Made by a program: the position numbers and the translations under genes. Below the pieces are notes generated by a model. The model worked only from the letters and a program-made list of their open reading frames with translations, ran no database searches and was not told where the DNA came from. From positions 3,659 through 67,658 of the IMG/VR virus record IMGVR_UViG_3300044691_000229: a stretch of 64,000 nucleotides of DNA. The stretch is one strand, 5' to 3'. The stretch's first letter is position 1. Every line of letters begins with the position of its first letter. Source of the stretch: a virus. Positions 1 to 9,068 of this stretch are shown here, piece after piece.

Positions 1-96
1 CCAGGAGATTTGCAAGGTGCACACTGCCATCTATTGCCGGCGATCCCCAGTACCAAGCGCGTGGGCTAGGCCCGTGGGGAATTTGACCTTGGTACC

Positions 97-111
97 TTAA
101 CAAAAGGTTAA
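97..111. promoter_or_regulatory. CtrA-type box TTAA-N7-TTAA
   Basis: TTAA CAAAAGG TTAA matches the alphaproteobacterial CtrA consensus; non-coding region. Confidence 0.5.
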
Positions 112-146
112 AACGTCTTTTTTGGTCCTAGGTATTTCCGAAGGGG

Positions 147-163
147 GTCTCGCGCAGCGAGAC
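147..163. other. Hairpin with GCA triloop
   Basis: GTCTCGC-GCA-GCGAGAC perfect 7-bp stem. Confidence 0.5.
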
Positions 164-221
164 GGGGCCGCCCGGGCCAGGCTCCCCCGTGGGAAGGAGA
201 GCAGGGTAGGGGCGGGGTAGT

Positions 222-247
222 CCCCTCTGCCGCGTCGGGCAGAGGGG
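222..247. terminator. Terminator-like hairpin downstream of 258..536
   Basis: CCCCTCTGCC-GCGTCG-GGCAGAGGGG 10-bp stem; no U-tract follows it on the - strand, so orientation is ambiguous. Confidence 0.4.
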
Positions 248-257
248 TAAAAAGGTA

Positions 258-536
258 TCAGACTTTCAGCGAAGCGAACGAGACAGCCTTGGAACTCGTG
301 CGCTTGGTCTCCGCAAGGTCAATCGCGATGGACAGGCGGCCGAAGTTGTAAGAGAACACCAGGCGATGGGTCTTGGGCAGTTCCGCCGCTTTGGTGCAGA
401 GAGCTTCGAATTCCTTCCGAAACTCTTTCGCCGTGACATAGGCTTCTTTGTAGGTGCCAAATGCCTCAGCTACCTTCGGTTGAAGTGTGGCCGGATCAAC
501 TTCGTTCCAATCCAGCTTTGTGTCTGTCTTAGCCAT
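258..536 (-). CDS. Hypothetical protein (92 aa, MAKTDTKLDW...)
   Basis: Strong RBS AAGGAG before ATG at 536; protein-like composition; divergent from the early arm. Confidence 0.75.
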   Translation of the reverse strand: MAKTDTKLDWNEVDPATLQPKVAEAFGTYKEAYVTAKEFRKEFEALCTKAAELPKTHRLVFSYNFGRLSIAIDLAETKRTSSKAVSFASLKV

Positions 537-759
537 TGTGGTCTCCTTAGTTTGTCCCGTAGGACGTTCCAAGGGCCGAGGCAATCCCGGCCCCTGCAAT
601 CCTGCCCCGTCGGGCAACGGGGGGTCGCGCGTCGCGTGCACGCGCGCGTTACCGCGCTAGGAGAAGAGACGCGTTAGAAGGTGCTAAGCTAGAAAGCAGG
701 GCGTTTAGCCATGCGCAAAACACATAGCTCTCTAGTAATTAGATACCTTCGTGTTAAGG

Positions 760-1220
760 TTTAAATGTCCGGCTACCCTAAAAACAGCTAAGTCATTGAT
801 ATTGCTACCTTTTCACCGTAATAGGAACCCATATGTTTTAAATGTCCAAATGTCCGGGCATAGGGCGACCCCTCTGGGATTTTGCAAAAGTACCTCTCAA
901 GACGATACTAAAAGTTGTATTTTGACATTTTCGGACATTTAGGATGCATGAGAATAGAAAAATGTCCTTAATGTCCTTAATGTATTGATTTTAATAAGAA
1001 AAATAGGGTCGCGTGCTTTCTTTTGCCGTGGTTAATCAATATTAACCAGTTAAGGAAGTTGTAATGTAAATACAACCCCAGAGAGCCCGCGCCCTTGCCA
1101 GACATTTGGACATTTAAAACATTTAGATTGCCGAGGCCCAAAAACGTTAAGACATTGAATTCCCATTTCACATGGCTGGACATTTAAAGACATTTGGGCT
1201 GGCATTTAAAGACATTTAGT
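760..1220. repeat. AT-rich region with ~13 GACATT/AATGTC repeats in both orientations (origin/iteron-like)
   Basis: Hexamer near 764, 841, 849, 924, 934, 961, 970, 1101, 1109, 1151, 1179, 1189, 1211; markedly low GC; no credible ORF. Confidence 0.75.
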
Positions 1221-1470
1221 TGCCATTCTGTTCTCGCTTGCGCTCCTCTTCTGCCGATCTTCTTTGCAAGGTGCCAAGGTACCTCTTTCCAGCCCGTTTC
1301 GAGCTCCAAAACCCCACCGTCGCGCGTCTGTGAATTTGCCCGACGGGGCAAAGCGCGACCGCCGCGGCCCGAAAACCGGCCGTGGTTTGCGTCGCAACCG
1401 GGCCGTGTAGTAGGCCAAATCCGACGAATGCCATACTGCACGGCCCACACCTGCTGAGGAGCAGAATACC

Positions 1471-1728
1471 ATGTCCAAAACCCTTCGTTTCGGCTCACGC
1501 CCAATCGACCAGCACATCGCCAACCGGATTGACAGACATGTAATCAGGCGGCATACTACCTGTGGTTACCAGCGTCTCCAGGAGCTCGCTGCACAGGACT
1601 ATGCTCGGCATGTTGCATGGGAAGTCACTCCAGGGAACAAGGGTCGCCAGACCCCTTCTTTGCCGAAGGTCACCTATCGGATGGATGCGCCTGGCTTCGG
1701 CAAGCGGCACAACGGAGGGTCACGCTAA
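1471..1728 (+). CDS. Hypothetical early protein
   Basis: RBS GAGGAG; first gene of a coupled + strand run. Confidence 0.65.
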   Translation: MSKTLRFGSRPIDQHIANRIDRHVIRRHTTCGYQRLQELAAQDYARHVAWEVTPGNKGRQTPSLPKVTYRMDAPGFGKRHNGGSR

Positions 1729-1874
1729 TGGCAGTCCATGCGATGCGGAACTACTGCTGGGAGCGCGCCCATAAATCACAATCGCCAAAATGGCGGACGT
1801 TCTGGTTCAACCAGTTCGACGTGTTGGATGGGCTGCTCTGGGTCAGTGATCGTAATGGTGGAGGGGCACGCTGA
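1728..1874 (+). CDS. Hypothetical protein (48 aa, MAVHAMRNY...)
   Basis: TAATG overlap with the previous stop; RBS GGAGG. Confidence 0.55.
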   Translation: MAVHAMRNYCWERAHKSQSPKWRTFWFNQFDVLDGLLWVSDRNGGGAR

Positions 1875-2014
1875 TGCAACCTAATCCTCCCATCGCCTAC
1901 CTCCAGTATGAGCGCCGCTGGCATGTCAATAATTGGTGGTATCGCACCGCTCCTGATCAACCGTGGCAACTATGTGGTATCGCACTGGCCTGCCAGAATT
2001 TACCGTCACGGTAA
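1874..2014 (+). CDS. Hypothetical protein (46 aa, MQPNPPIAY...NLPSR), not in the ORF track
   Basis: TGATG overlap, RBS GGAGG; stop TAA is the end of the dispersed palindrome. Confidence 0.5.
   Translation: MQPNPPIAYLQYERRWHVNNWWYRTAPDQPWQLCGIALACQNLPSR
2000..2014. repeat. Dispersed palindrome copy TTACCGTCACGGTAA
   Basis: Perfect arms. Confidence 0.95.
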
Positions 2015-2095
2015 CAAAGTCTTAACGATGCGAAGGCTGCGCCTTCCGCGCAGCCCCAGCACCTTCTAACCATCTGACCGGCTGAGGAGCTTGGT

Positions 2096-2341
2096 ATGAG
2101 TGAACGGGATAGATTGATCGACGCGACTGCCGCCGAATTGCAACGGCTGCTGCGGCTAGAACTCACGAACCGTGAGCTCACCCTGGTCCTCTTCGAAGCC
2201 GAAACGGCTCTCGGCGAGAACCTTGTGTGGCTGACTGACAAGCTGGACTTGGACGTTCGCCAGAAGGACCCGGATACCCTGCGCCGTCTAGCCCAGCTAA
2301 ACGCGGCATGGATAAGCTGTGCGAAGGCGCTGAAGGTATGA
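2096..2341 (+). CDS. Hypothetical protein
   Basis: RBS GAGGAG; helical protein. Confidence 0.65.
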   Translation: MSERDRLIDATAAELQRLLRLELTNRELTLVLFEAETALGENLVWLTDKLDLDVRQKDPDTLRRLAQLNAAWISCAKALKV

Positions 2342-2577
2342 GCGATCACCCAAACACCCGTGCGCTGCCCGTCTGCATCGTGTGCCGTAAGCCCAAGTAT
2401 ATAGGCGCGCTCATATGCTGGCCCTGCCACAAGAAGCAGAAACATCTCAACTGGCAGAAGGAGTATGACTACGATCCCGTGATCACCGAGATCATGGACG
2501 CGTTCGAAGGTGGCAAGGTAGCCATCGACAACGCTGGAAATATCACAATTGAACTGATAGAGAAGGGAGAAGCGTAA
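2338..2577 (+). CDS. Hypothetical protein with CxxC...CxxC zinc-finger-like motif
   Basis: CIVC...CWPC; ATGA overlap. Confidence 0.6.
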   Translation: MSDHPNTRALPVCIVCRKPKYIGALICWPCHKKQKHLNWQKEYDYDPVITEIMDAFEGGKVAIDNAGNITIELIEKGEA

Positions 2578-2906
2578 TGTCGCCAAAATTTAAAGCGCGC
2601 TGGATCGCCGATCTGCGCAAGTACCCAAAGACCACGGGCTACCTCAAGACCAAGACGGGCTATTGCTGCCTCGGTGTGGCCTGCCTGACGCTGGGCGCTG
2701 AGTTCGAAGAGCGCTTAGTTTATGGCAACGTTAATAACGAGCGCCCCATCCTGAACGGTCGCAGCCTCGCAGACGGCGAGGGGCTCACTTACAGCGCGCT
2801 GGAGCTCATTGGTCTGACCCTGAGTAACCAGAACAAGCTGATCGACTTGAACGATCGTAGCAGCACGTTCGATCCTGTGATCAAGTATATTGAGGAGAAC
2901 CTGTGA
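2577..2906 (+). CDS. Hypothetical phage protein (YCCLGV motif)
   Basis: W..ALR / YCCLGV / LND...TF pattern common in phage early genes; coupled start. Confidence 0.7.
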   Translation: MSPKFKARWIADLRKYPKTTGYLKTKTGYCCLGVACLTLGAEFEERLVYGNVNNERPILNGRSLADGEGLTYSALELIGLTLSNQNKLIDLNDRSSTFDPVIKYIEENL

Positions 2907-3130
2907 TGAAGTTCCTCACCATGCCGCATGAAGCAGCGCGCATTACACTCAAGTTTTGGATGGGCGCCCTATATAGCTACCAGACCAACGAAGAATGGGC
3001 TGCTAAAATTCCCAATGCCAAGGAGATGGTGGCAGCAGCGCGCGATCGTATGGAGGAGCTGCAACCCGGGAGCTCGCACGACATCACGTTCCTCGGGCGC
3101 TCTGCCGGCGACCTATTGGAGGCAGCATGA
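2903..3130 (+). CDS. Hypothetical protein
   Basis: Coupled ORF with RBS GAGGAG. Confidence 0.6.
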   Translation: MMKFLTMPHEAARITLKFWMGALYSYQTNEEWAAKIPNAKEMVAAARDRMEELQPGSSHDITFLGRSAGDLLEAA

Positions 3131-3312
3131 CCCGCCTTAGCCTCGAAGAAATGCGCGACTATAAGTTCGTCCTCTCCTGCATGAAGGACGAGAGACTGGC
3201 GCAAGTCGTGATGTACAACCGCGATACGTCGCTGGCGCTGCCGTCTCACCCGTGGTCGTTCTACCATCTGGCGCGGGACGAGCAGATCAATCGTAACAAG
3301 GGAGCAGCGTGA
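3127..3312 (+). CDS. Hypothetical protein
   Basis: ATGA overlap, RBS GGAGG. Confidence 0.55.
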   Translation: MTRLSLEEMRDYKFVLSCMKDERLAQVVMYNRDTSLALPSHPWSFYHLARDEQINRNKGAA

Positions 3313-3665
3313 TGGACAAATCCAAATTCACCCGTGACCCGCAGCTGGACAGCGAGGGCTTCGACATACGGACGACTGACCCGCACCGCTACAATATAGA
3401 AGAGGATCGGCGCATCAATGCGGTGTTGCGGGAGCACGACATCAATCCCGAAGGGTGGCAAGAAGAGGAACGCCCCACCGATTTTGACTTCTCCGTGCAG
3501 GCCAAGAAGGCGTTGGCCGAATACTTCCTCAATGGGCCTGTGCAGACGTTCGACGGCGAGCACGGCACGTACAGTGATCCCAAGTGCGCAAAGTGCTCGC
3601 CGTGGTCCCGCATCGAACAGCGCGACCTTGCCACCTGTGGCAAGCTGGGCGGAGCCGTCCGATGA
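3309..3665 (+). CDS. Hypothetical protein
   Basis: Coupled ORF; C-terminal CSPWSRIEQRDL shared with the next gene. Confidence 0.6.
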   Translation: MMDKSKFTRDPQLDSEGFDIRTTDPHRYNIEEDRRINAVLREHDINPEGWQEEERPTDFDFSVQAKKALAEYFLNGPVQTFDGEHGTYSDPKCAKCSPWSRIEQRDLATCGKLGGAVR

Positions 3666-3830
3666 GTAGCCCCACCTGTACTTGTGGACACGCTATCGAA
3701 GAGCATGGGCATGATCCGAAATTTCCCGGCTCGACTGCCTGCACCGCCGACGGCTGCGACTGCATTGCATTCGAGGCCGACGAAGAGTGCTCGTGCTCGC
3801 CCTGGTCCCGCATCGAACAGCGCGACCTTG
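3593..3830 (+). repeat. 38-bp direct repeat (3593-3630 and 3793-3830, 1 mismatch)
   Basis: GTGCTCGCC(G/C)TGGTCCCGCATCGAACAGCGCGACCTTG, copies exactly 200 bp apart. Confidence 0.9.
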
Positions 3831-3895
3831 ACACGGTGCATCAGCTTTGGCTTGCTGAGCGCATTAGGCCGTATCCATATGGGGAGACGTTCTGA
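3662..3895 (+). CDS. Hypothetical Cys/His-rich protein (MSSPTCTCGH...)
   Basis: CxCGH...H...C...CxC metal-binding-like pattern; ATGA overlap. Confidence 0.55.
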   Translation: MSSPTCTCGHAIEEHGHDPKFPGSTACTADGCDCIAFEADEECSCSPWSRIEQRDLDTVHQLWLAERIRPYPYGETF

Positions 3896-4140
3896 TGCCG
3901 GACTATAGCATCATGACGAAAGGGCGCCGCGTCCGGTTCAAGTCGGGTGCTCCAGACTATAGCAAGACGGGCGCAGTAGCCGTGCCGTCTGCGCCAGCAT
4001 GGGCAGTGGCGATCATATGCGCGCTGGCGCCGACAGCGATCACGCTGTTGTTGGTTGGCGTGGCAGCGTTTGGCTATAAGCTGCTGCACGACGATGCCTC
4101 GTTTCTCTATATCATGCTGTTCATCGTGGGAGTTGACTAA
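3895..4140 (+). CDS. Hypothetical membrane protein
   Basis: Hydrophobic C-terminal half. Confidence 0.55.
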   Translation: MPDYSIMTKGRRVRFKSGAPDYSKTGAVAVPSAPAWAVAIICALAPTAITLLLVGVAAFGYKLLHDDASFLYIMLFIVGVD

Positions 4141-4355
4141 TGCCGAAGTTCACCGTCAACTTTGAGCGCGCTGCCTACGAAGTGAAAACTATTGTCGTTG
4201 AGGCAGACGACGAGCAGGAAGCGGAGCGTTTCGCAACCGAGGAGCTGGAGCGGCAAGGCCCCAATGCAGACCCGGCGATCTTGAGCCACACTAACGAGTG
4301 CTATCCGGATACGGAGAGCATGTGGGAGCATACGGACACAGAGGAGGCCCCGTGA
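4140..4355 (+). CDS. Hypothetical acidic protein
   Basis: V.VEA.D..EA pattern typical of small phage proteins. Confidence 0.65.
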   Translation: MPKFTVNFERAAYEVKTIVVEADDEQEAERFATEELERQGPNADPAILSHTNECYPDTESMWEHTDTEEAP

Positions 4356-4547
4356 ATGAAGATCGATCTATCTAGCGAAACATATTTCGACGCAACAGGT
4401 GGCGAGCATACAGTTATCGTTGCGAGCGTTGACGGCATTCAGAAAATATTCGGGACGAAAGACCAAGCCCGACTGTGGCTCTGGGAGACCTATCCCGAAG
4501 CTATGCTCGCCGAGTGGAAGACACTAAAGGGGGCGAGGAAGGAGTGA
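4356..4547 (+). CDS. Hypothetical protein
   Basis: RBS GGAGG; coupled. Confidence 0.6.
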   Translation: MKIDLSSETYFDATGGEHTVIVASVDGIQKIFGTKDQARLWLWETYPEAMLAEWKTLKGARKE

Positions 4548-4750
4548 TGGAAGAAGCGGCTAAGCTAACACCTGTCTACCAGCGTAAGATGGCGCAGATG
4601 GTGCTTGCTGGCTGGACGTTCACGTCCAACTACGAGAACCAGTGGTGGGTTGCAAGATCGCCGACAAACCATGGTACGCTCAATGTGGGTTTGGCTGATG
4701 CGGTGAAAGAGAGCTGGACGCGCCATATGCGGGAGCTGGAAGATGCGTAG
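4547..4750 (+). CDS. Hypothetical protein (MEEAAK...)
   Basis: TGATG overlap, RBS AGGAG. Confidence 0.55.
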   Translation: MEEAAKLTPVYQRKMAQMVLAGWTFTSNYENQWWVARSPTNHGTLNVGLADAVKESWTRHMRELEDA

Positions 4751-5048
4751 CAGCGACATCAACAAGCTCCGCAAGCTGCGGCACGCTCAGGCAATACTCT
4801 TGGGTGTGACGATAACCGATCAAGGTGCCTTCGGTAGTCTGCCATGGCTGTATGAGGCGCCGGACGGTAGCCTGCACGGGCATTGGAAGACCCGGCACGA
4901 GGCAGTAGACAGTGCGCTGAGATGGTTAGGAGTTGAATTAAACAAGTCTAATTACCGCCACGGTAACAAAACGGCAGCGGCGGCGCGCCGCCGCTGCCGT
5001 TTGATTTTTCCGCGCCGTCCGGATGACGGCAAACACTCGAAGAACTGA
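4743..5048 (+). CDS. Hypothetical protein
   Basis: Overlapping start; contains a palindrome copy (NYRHGN). Confidence 0.5.
   Translation: MRSSDINKLRKLRHAQAILLGVTITDQGAFGSLPWLYEAPDGSLHGHWKTRHEAVDSALRWLGVELNKSNYRHGNKTAAAARRRCRLIFPRRPDDGKHSKN
4952..4966. repeat. Dispersed palindrome copy TTACCGCCACGGTAA
   Basis: Perfect arms. Confidence 0.95.
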
Positions 5049-5057
5049 GGAGTTCAC

Positions 5058-5564
5058 ATGCACGTTGAAAATCTGCTGAAGCTGGCCGATCTGTTGGAGG
5101 CCGATGCCCTGAACGAAAAAGGTGTCAAGTTCGACCTGGGATACTGGGCAGCACCTGCGAACATTGCCAATACTGACCTGTTCCCTACCAACGATACAGC
5201 GATCCCGGTCGACTGCAACACGCGAGCTTGTGCGATGGGCCTCGCCGTGATCTCCGGAGCGTTCGAAGATCAGGGGCTGCATGCCTCCTACCACCTGGCC
5301 CATAATGGCGGCTACCGCATGATCCCGGCCCTGCCGAACCCATGGAGAGGTACGCCATACGAGGACTTCGAGGCAGCTGAGAAGCTGTTCGATATCGAGC
5401 ACACGGATGCGACCTACCTGTTCGATCAGGCCTACTATGGCGACCTCACGAGAGGTGCCGAGGCTGAGCTCACAGTTGCCCGGCGCATCCGCGACCTGAC
5501 GAACAGCATCATCGACAAGGATTTCCATCCGGACTACCAGGGTGACGACCGCGACGACGGCTGA
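5058..5564 (+). CDS. Hypothetical phage protein (C.T.AC.MG motif)
   Basis: RBS GAGGAG; CNTRACAMG pattern common in phage early proteins. Confidence 0.75.
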   Translation: MHVENLLKLADLLEADALNEKGVKFDLGYWAAPANIANTDLFPTNDTAIPVDCNTRACAMGLAVISGAFEDQGLHASYHLAHNGGYRMIPALPNPWRGTPYEDFEAAEKLFDIEHTDATYLFDQAYYGDLTRGAEAELTVARRIRDLTNSIIDKDFHPDYQGDDRDDG

Positions 5565-5593
5565 GGTTTGGTAAATTCTTAACCAAACCTTAC
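5564..5593. promoter_or_regulatory. Inverted repeat overlapping a near-consensus CtrA box
   Basis: AGGTTTGGT-N9-ACCAAACCT; TTAA-CCAAACC-TTAC at 5579-5593, upstream of 5701. Confidence 0.4.
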
Positions 5594-5700
5594 CAATCAC
5601 GAGTTTGTGTTTGGTCAAAATTGAACATAGTGTGTTAGTTCGGCACAGCAGGGATTAAGTTCCTATTGCTGAACCCGATAACCTTTAAGGAGAAACTACG

Positions 5701-6480
5701 ATGCCACAAACGAACCCAGCCCCAACGCTCTCGAACAAGATCACTTTCGACAATATTCGCGCCGACATGCGAGAGCTCGGGGCACAAGCAGGGCAAGGCC
5801 AGGACACCCAGATTAAGGCCTTGCTGCGTGCAGTCGAGGGCGGCTACCACAACGCCCTCGACTTGACAAAAGACAAGCACGGTCCGGATATCGACGACGC
5901 CACGCTCTTGGCGGAAGACTATGTGAAGGCCCGCAACGGGTCGGTGGTCTTTGATGCCAAAGACCCAAACCAAAGGAAGCTCGTCAGCACTGTCCGCACC
6001 TCGATCAAGCTCGGCAGCTGGCCCAAAGGCGGCAACGGTGAGCCCATCGCCACGGTGCAGAACCTGATGACGATGCGCAACAACCTCAAGAAAATTCCGG
6101 CTGAAGCGAAGAAATTGAACGACGCTGCGAACACCTTACTTAACTATGCTCGCACGCAGTTGAAGCGCGACACGCTGATCGAGGATGACGAGCTCAAAGG
6201 CTTCTGCTACAAAAAGCCGCAGGAGTTAGCCTCTGCCGAGGACATCATCGAACGATGTGCGAAGCAGCTGGAGAGCCTAGCCAACGGCAAGGCCGCACAC
6301 GGTACCGCACAGAACAATGGCAAGAACGTCACAGACGCAGCCAGAGCACTCCGCAAGGAGCTCGCCTCTATTGCGACTGCCAGGGGGCAGTCGGGCGCTC
6401 CGCAAGTCGGAAGGGCTACGCAGGCCAGAGGACAGGCCGCGCAAGCGTCGCCTCAACCTGCAGACGCAACAACTCCGTAG
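5701..6480 (+). CDS. Hypothetical protein (259 aa)
   Basis: Strong RBS AAGGAG, long ORF, followed by a hairpin. Confidence 0.85.
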   Translation: MPQTNPAPTLSNKITFDNIRADMRELGAQAGQGQDTQIKALLRAVEGGYHNALDLTKDKHGPDIDDATLLAEDYVKARNGSVVFDAKDPNQRKLVSTVRTSIKLGSWPKGGNGEPIATVQNLMTMRNNLKKIPAEAKKLNDAANTLLNYARTQLKRDTLIEDDELKGFCYKKPQELASAEDIIERCAKQLESLANGKAAHGTAQNNGKNVTDAARALRKELASIATARGQSGAPQVGRATQARGQAAQASPQPADATTP

Positions 6481-6538
6481 TTTCGCAGGGCTGACTGGTC
6501 GGCGGAGTAACGTCCGCAGGATGCAGCGCTCAGCGATA

Positions 6539-6585
6539 GGCCGGGAATGTGGCTCCTCAGCGCATTCCCGGCCACTATTGTTTCT
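6539..6585 (+). terminator. Probable intrinsic terminator
   Basis: GGCCGGGAATG...CATTCCCGGCC stem followed by a T-rich tract. Confidence 0.55.
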
Positions 6586-6609
6586 GGGGTACGCCATTAG
6601 GAGAGATAG

Positions 6610-6840
6610 ATGCATCCGATAGATGTTTTGATCGTCGTGGCTGAGAGCCTACCTGAAAAGCAGGGCCTCGACCTTGTGGGATGGTGGATGGCCAGCGAGA
6701 CCGAAGTGGCCACACGCAACGCCCGTATTGAGGAGCTGGTAGAGCTCAGCCAGCATCCGTCGATGAAGTGGTACGTCCTACGCCACATCGCCGCGATCAG
6801 CGCGCTCTACAACGAGCGCTATCCGATCAACCGACACTGA
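6610..6840 (+). CDS. Hypothetical protein
   Basis: RBS AGGAG. Confidence 0.6.
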   Translation: MHPIDVLIVVAESLPEKQGLDLVGWWMASETEVATRNARIEELVELSQHPSMKWYVLRHIAAISALYNERYPINRH

Positions 6841-6890
6841 GTTTTGCCCGACGTGGCAGAAAAACCCCAACCACAAACTGAGGAGGCTAA

Positions 6891-8039
6891 ATGAATATCT
6901 TGGAAGCACGGCGCCAGTCGATGGCGCTTTTTGAAGCGGGCAACGCGGCCCTATGGTCGAGCGGCTCTGGACTAGGTAAGTCGCAGGTGGCTTACAGCAT
7001 GTTCGAAGAGCTGCGCGATCGAGATGCCCCCAAGGGTATCAGCTGGGGCTTCTGTACGATCTTCTTAGCGACCCAGACGCCAACCGACTTGATCGGCGTG
7101 CAGTTCAAGGGTGAGCGCACGTATAAGATCACAAACCCGACCAGCGGTCAGGAGGAAGATCACACCATCACGATTACCGACCCGGCCATCCCGCTCTGGA
7201 TGATGTCCAGCGAGGGCAAACCGGCGTTCATGTACGATCGCATCTTCCTCCTGATTGACGAGTATGGTCAGGGTGAGGGCGACACCAAGCGCGGTGCCGC
7301 TGAAATATTCCTTAACGGTGGCACGCCGCCGTGGTATCTGCCCGCGGGCTCCGTCCGTATGGCCTGTACCAACCAAGGCGCACGCTACGGCGTGAGCAAA
7401 GACTTCGATTTCTGCATTGCCAGACGATTTATTCTTCCAATCGAGGGCGACATCGAGATCACGCTGCGGTATCTCGACAAGCCCTACTGGCACCAGGGTA
7501 AGCAGTGGCAGACCACGCCCGTCGTCAAGGCCTGGGCTGAGCAGAACCCGGCCGTCGTGTTCGAGCCCGAGCACAAGGAGCAAGGACCGTGGTGTAATCC
7601 GCGGCAGCTGTGCGCGGTCGATCGCTACATACAGACCATGTGGCAGCAGGCCGGCAACCAAGACGTTACTCCGGAGATGATGAGCGTGATCGCGGGTGGC
7701 ATTGGTATGCCCGCTGCGACTTCGCTACTCAGCCATCTGGAGTTTCTGACGCAACTGCCGTCGTATGCAGATGTGGTTAGTGATCCAGCCGGGACCGCGG
7801 TACCAACGCGCGCCGATCTGCAGATGCTGATGGCGTACCAGATGGCTGGATACACTCAAGTGGCGGACCTTGCTCCGTGCATCACGTATATCCAGCGACT
7901 GCCCAAAGACATGGGGGTCACCTATATTTCATCTCTCCTACGGAGAGATTATAAAGGCATCATCAACCAGCCGGCGATGCAAGCGTGGATCAACAAGAAC
8001 GCAGCATTGATCTCGATCATTTCTTCGCTTAATAACTAA
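6891..8039 (+). CDS. AAA+ ATPase, MoxR-like
   Basis: Walker A SGSGLGKS, Walker B FLLIDE, ACTN sensor, ARRF, NPRQ motif; VWA partner downstream. Confidence 0.8.
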   Translation: MNILEARRQSMALFEAGNAALWSSGSGLGKSQVAYSMFEELRDRDAPKGISWGFCTIFLATQTPTDLIGVQFKGERTYKITNPTSGQEEDHTITITDPAIPLWMMSSEGKPAFMYDRIFLLIDEYGQGEGDTKRGAAEIFLNGGTPPWYLPAGSVRMACTNQGARYGVSKDFDFCIARRFILPIEGDIEITLRYLDKPYWHQGKQWQTTPVVKAWAEQNPAVVFEPEHKEQGPWCNPRQLCAVDRYIQTMWQQAGNQDVTPEMMSVIAGGIGMPAATSLLSHLEFLTQLPSYADVVSDPAGTAVPTRADLQMLMAYQMAGYTQVADLAPCITYIQRLPKDMGVTYISSLLRRDYKGIINQPAMQAWINKNAALISIISSLNN

Positions 8040-8115
8040 GAACCCCGCGGGGGTAGGGGCGCTGACTAAGTGGCCGGACCTGAAATAGTAGGACCGGCAC
8101 CTCTCAGCGCCCCGA

Positions 8116-8130
8116 TTACCGTCACGGTAA
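8116..8130. repeat. Dispersed palindrome copy TTACCGTCACGGTAA
   Basis: Perfect arms; intergenic just upstream of 8145. Confidence 0.95.
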
Positions 8131-8144
8131 CAAGGTATCAACCA

Positions 8145-8609
8145 ATGTCGAAGTTGACCGAAATAGCCGACGCACTAGGCTGGTCACCACCTTCGATATT
8201 GGCCGATCCCCACGGCCTTGATCAACTCATCGAATGGAAGATGGGTTCGATAGATAGTTTGAGGAAGACCAGACTAAACACCATAGCGAGAGGAGCGCAG
8301 ATGCAACGCCAATTCACTATCGAACTACGCGTCGACTTTGTGGACACCGAGAAGCTTGGACCGCTGAAGCAGGTCCTGCAACAGGCTGCACGGCACGCCT
8401 TTGCCACGGCGATGCTGATCAGCGACAACCCCAAGTCTACCCGGGTCGCGATCTTCAGCGACGACTTCTTCACTGGGCATCAGGAGATCGCTCTTCTCGA
8501 AGATGTGATCCAGCAGGGGCTCGATGCAACTGGTGAAACGACCAGCGGCAGCGAGAGCATCTCCAGCGAGCTCATGGCGGCGGTGCAGAGCCCGAAAGAT
8601 GAAGGGTAG
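8145..8609 (+). CDS. Hypothetical protein (alternative start 8301)
   Basis: ORF; a better RBS (GAGGAG) precedes ATG 8301. Confidence 0.65.
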   Translation: MSKLTEIADALGWSPPSILADPHGLDQLIEWKMGSIDSLRKTRLNTIARGAQMQRQFTIELRVDFVDTEKLGPLKQVLQQAARHAFATAMLISDNPKSTRVAIFSDDFFTGHQEIALLEDVIQQGLDATGETTSGSESISSELMAAVQSPKDEG

Positions 8610-8637
8610 CTGGCCAGACTTAAGAGGGGTACTGACC

Positions 8638-8826
8638 ATGCCAAAGAGTGACCCGCGCTTTCGTAGCTTCTGTGAGCGTTACTTCGTAGCGCGTGCCAGT
8701 TATTTCAGGCAAGAACCGGATGGTCTCGCCAATGATACCTGGACGTGCATCCTCGACGCCAAACGCGCCTACGCCATGATCAAGCGCACTGGCGAAAATA
8801 TAGACCCAGAGGATGATAGCTTTTGA
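8638..8826 (+). CDS. Hypothetical protein (MPKSDPRF...)
   Basis: RBS GAGG; coupled to the next ORF. Confidence 0.55.
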   Translation: MPKSDPRFRSFCERYFVARASYFRQEPDGLANDTWTCILDAKRAYAMIKRTGENIDPEDDSF

Positions 8827-9068
8827 ACGCTCCGCCAAGCAAAGACATTGTCATGCAGCTGTGCCGGCGTGCGATGGCGCAGCATCACGCGCGCCTGGAG
8901 CGCGTGAGCTGTACGGCATGCATTCTACCCGCTGGATTATTGTTGTGGTTCGACCAGTGGGAGAGCTATCTCCTGATGACCAGAGATCGTCTAATCAAAG
9001 AGCGCGATAAGTATCAGGCAGCGAAGCGGCACGCCCGCGACCGTGCTCGACGCGGCAAACGAAAATGA
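8823..9068 (+). CDS. Hypothetical basic protein
   Basis: TTGA overlap. Confidence 0.45.
   Translation: MNAPPSKDIVMQLCRRAMAQHHARLERVSCTACILPAGLLLWFDQWESYLLMTRDRLIKERDKYQAAKRHARDRARRGKRK

Noticed and set aside
751-1523. ORFs called across the AT-rich repeat region
   Set aside because: Translations mirror the DNA repeats (LNVQMS), lack RBSs and have atypical composition
6481-6540. Possible hammerhead ribozyme or ncRNA after 5701..6480
   Set aside because: Stems are present, but the CUGAUGA/GAAA core is absent
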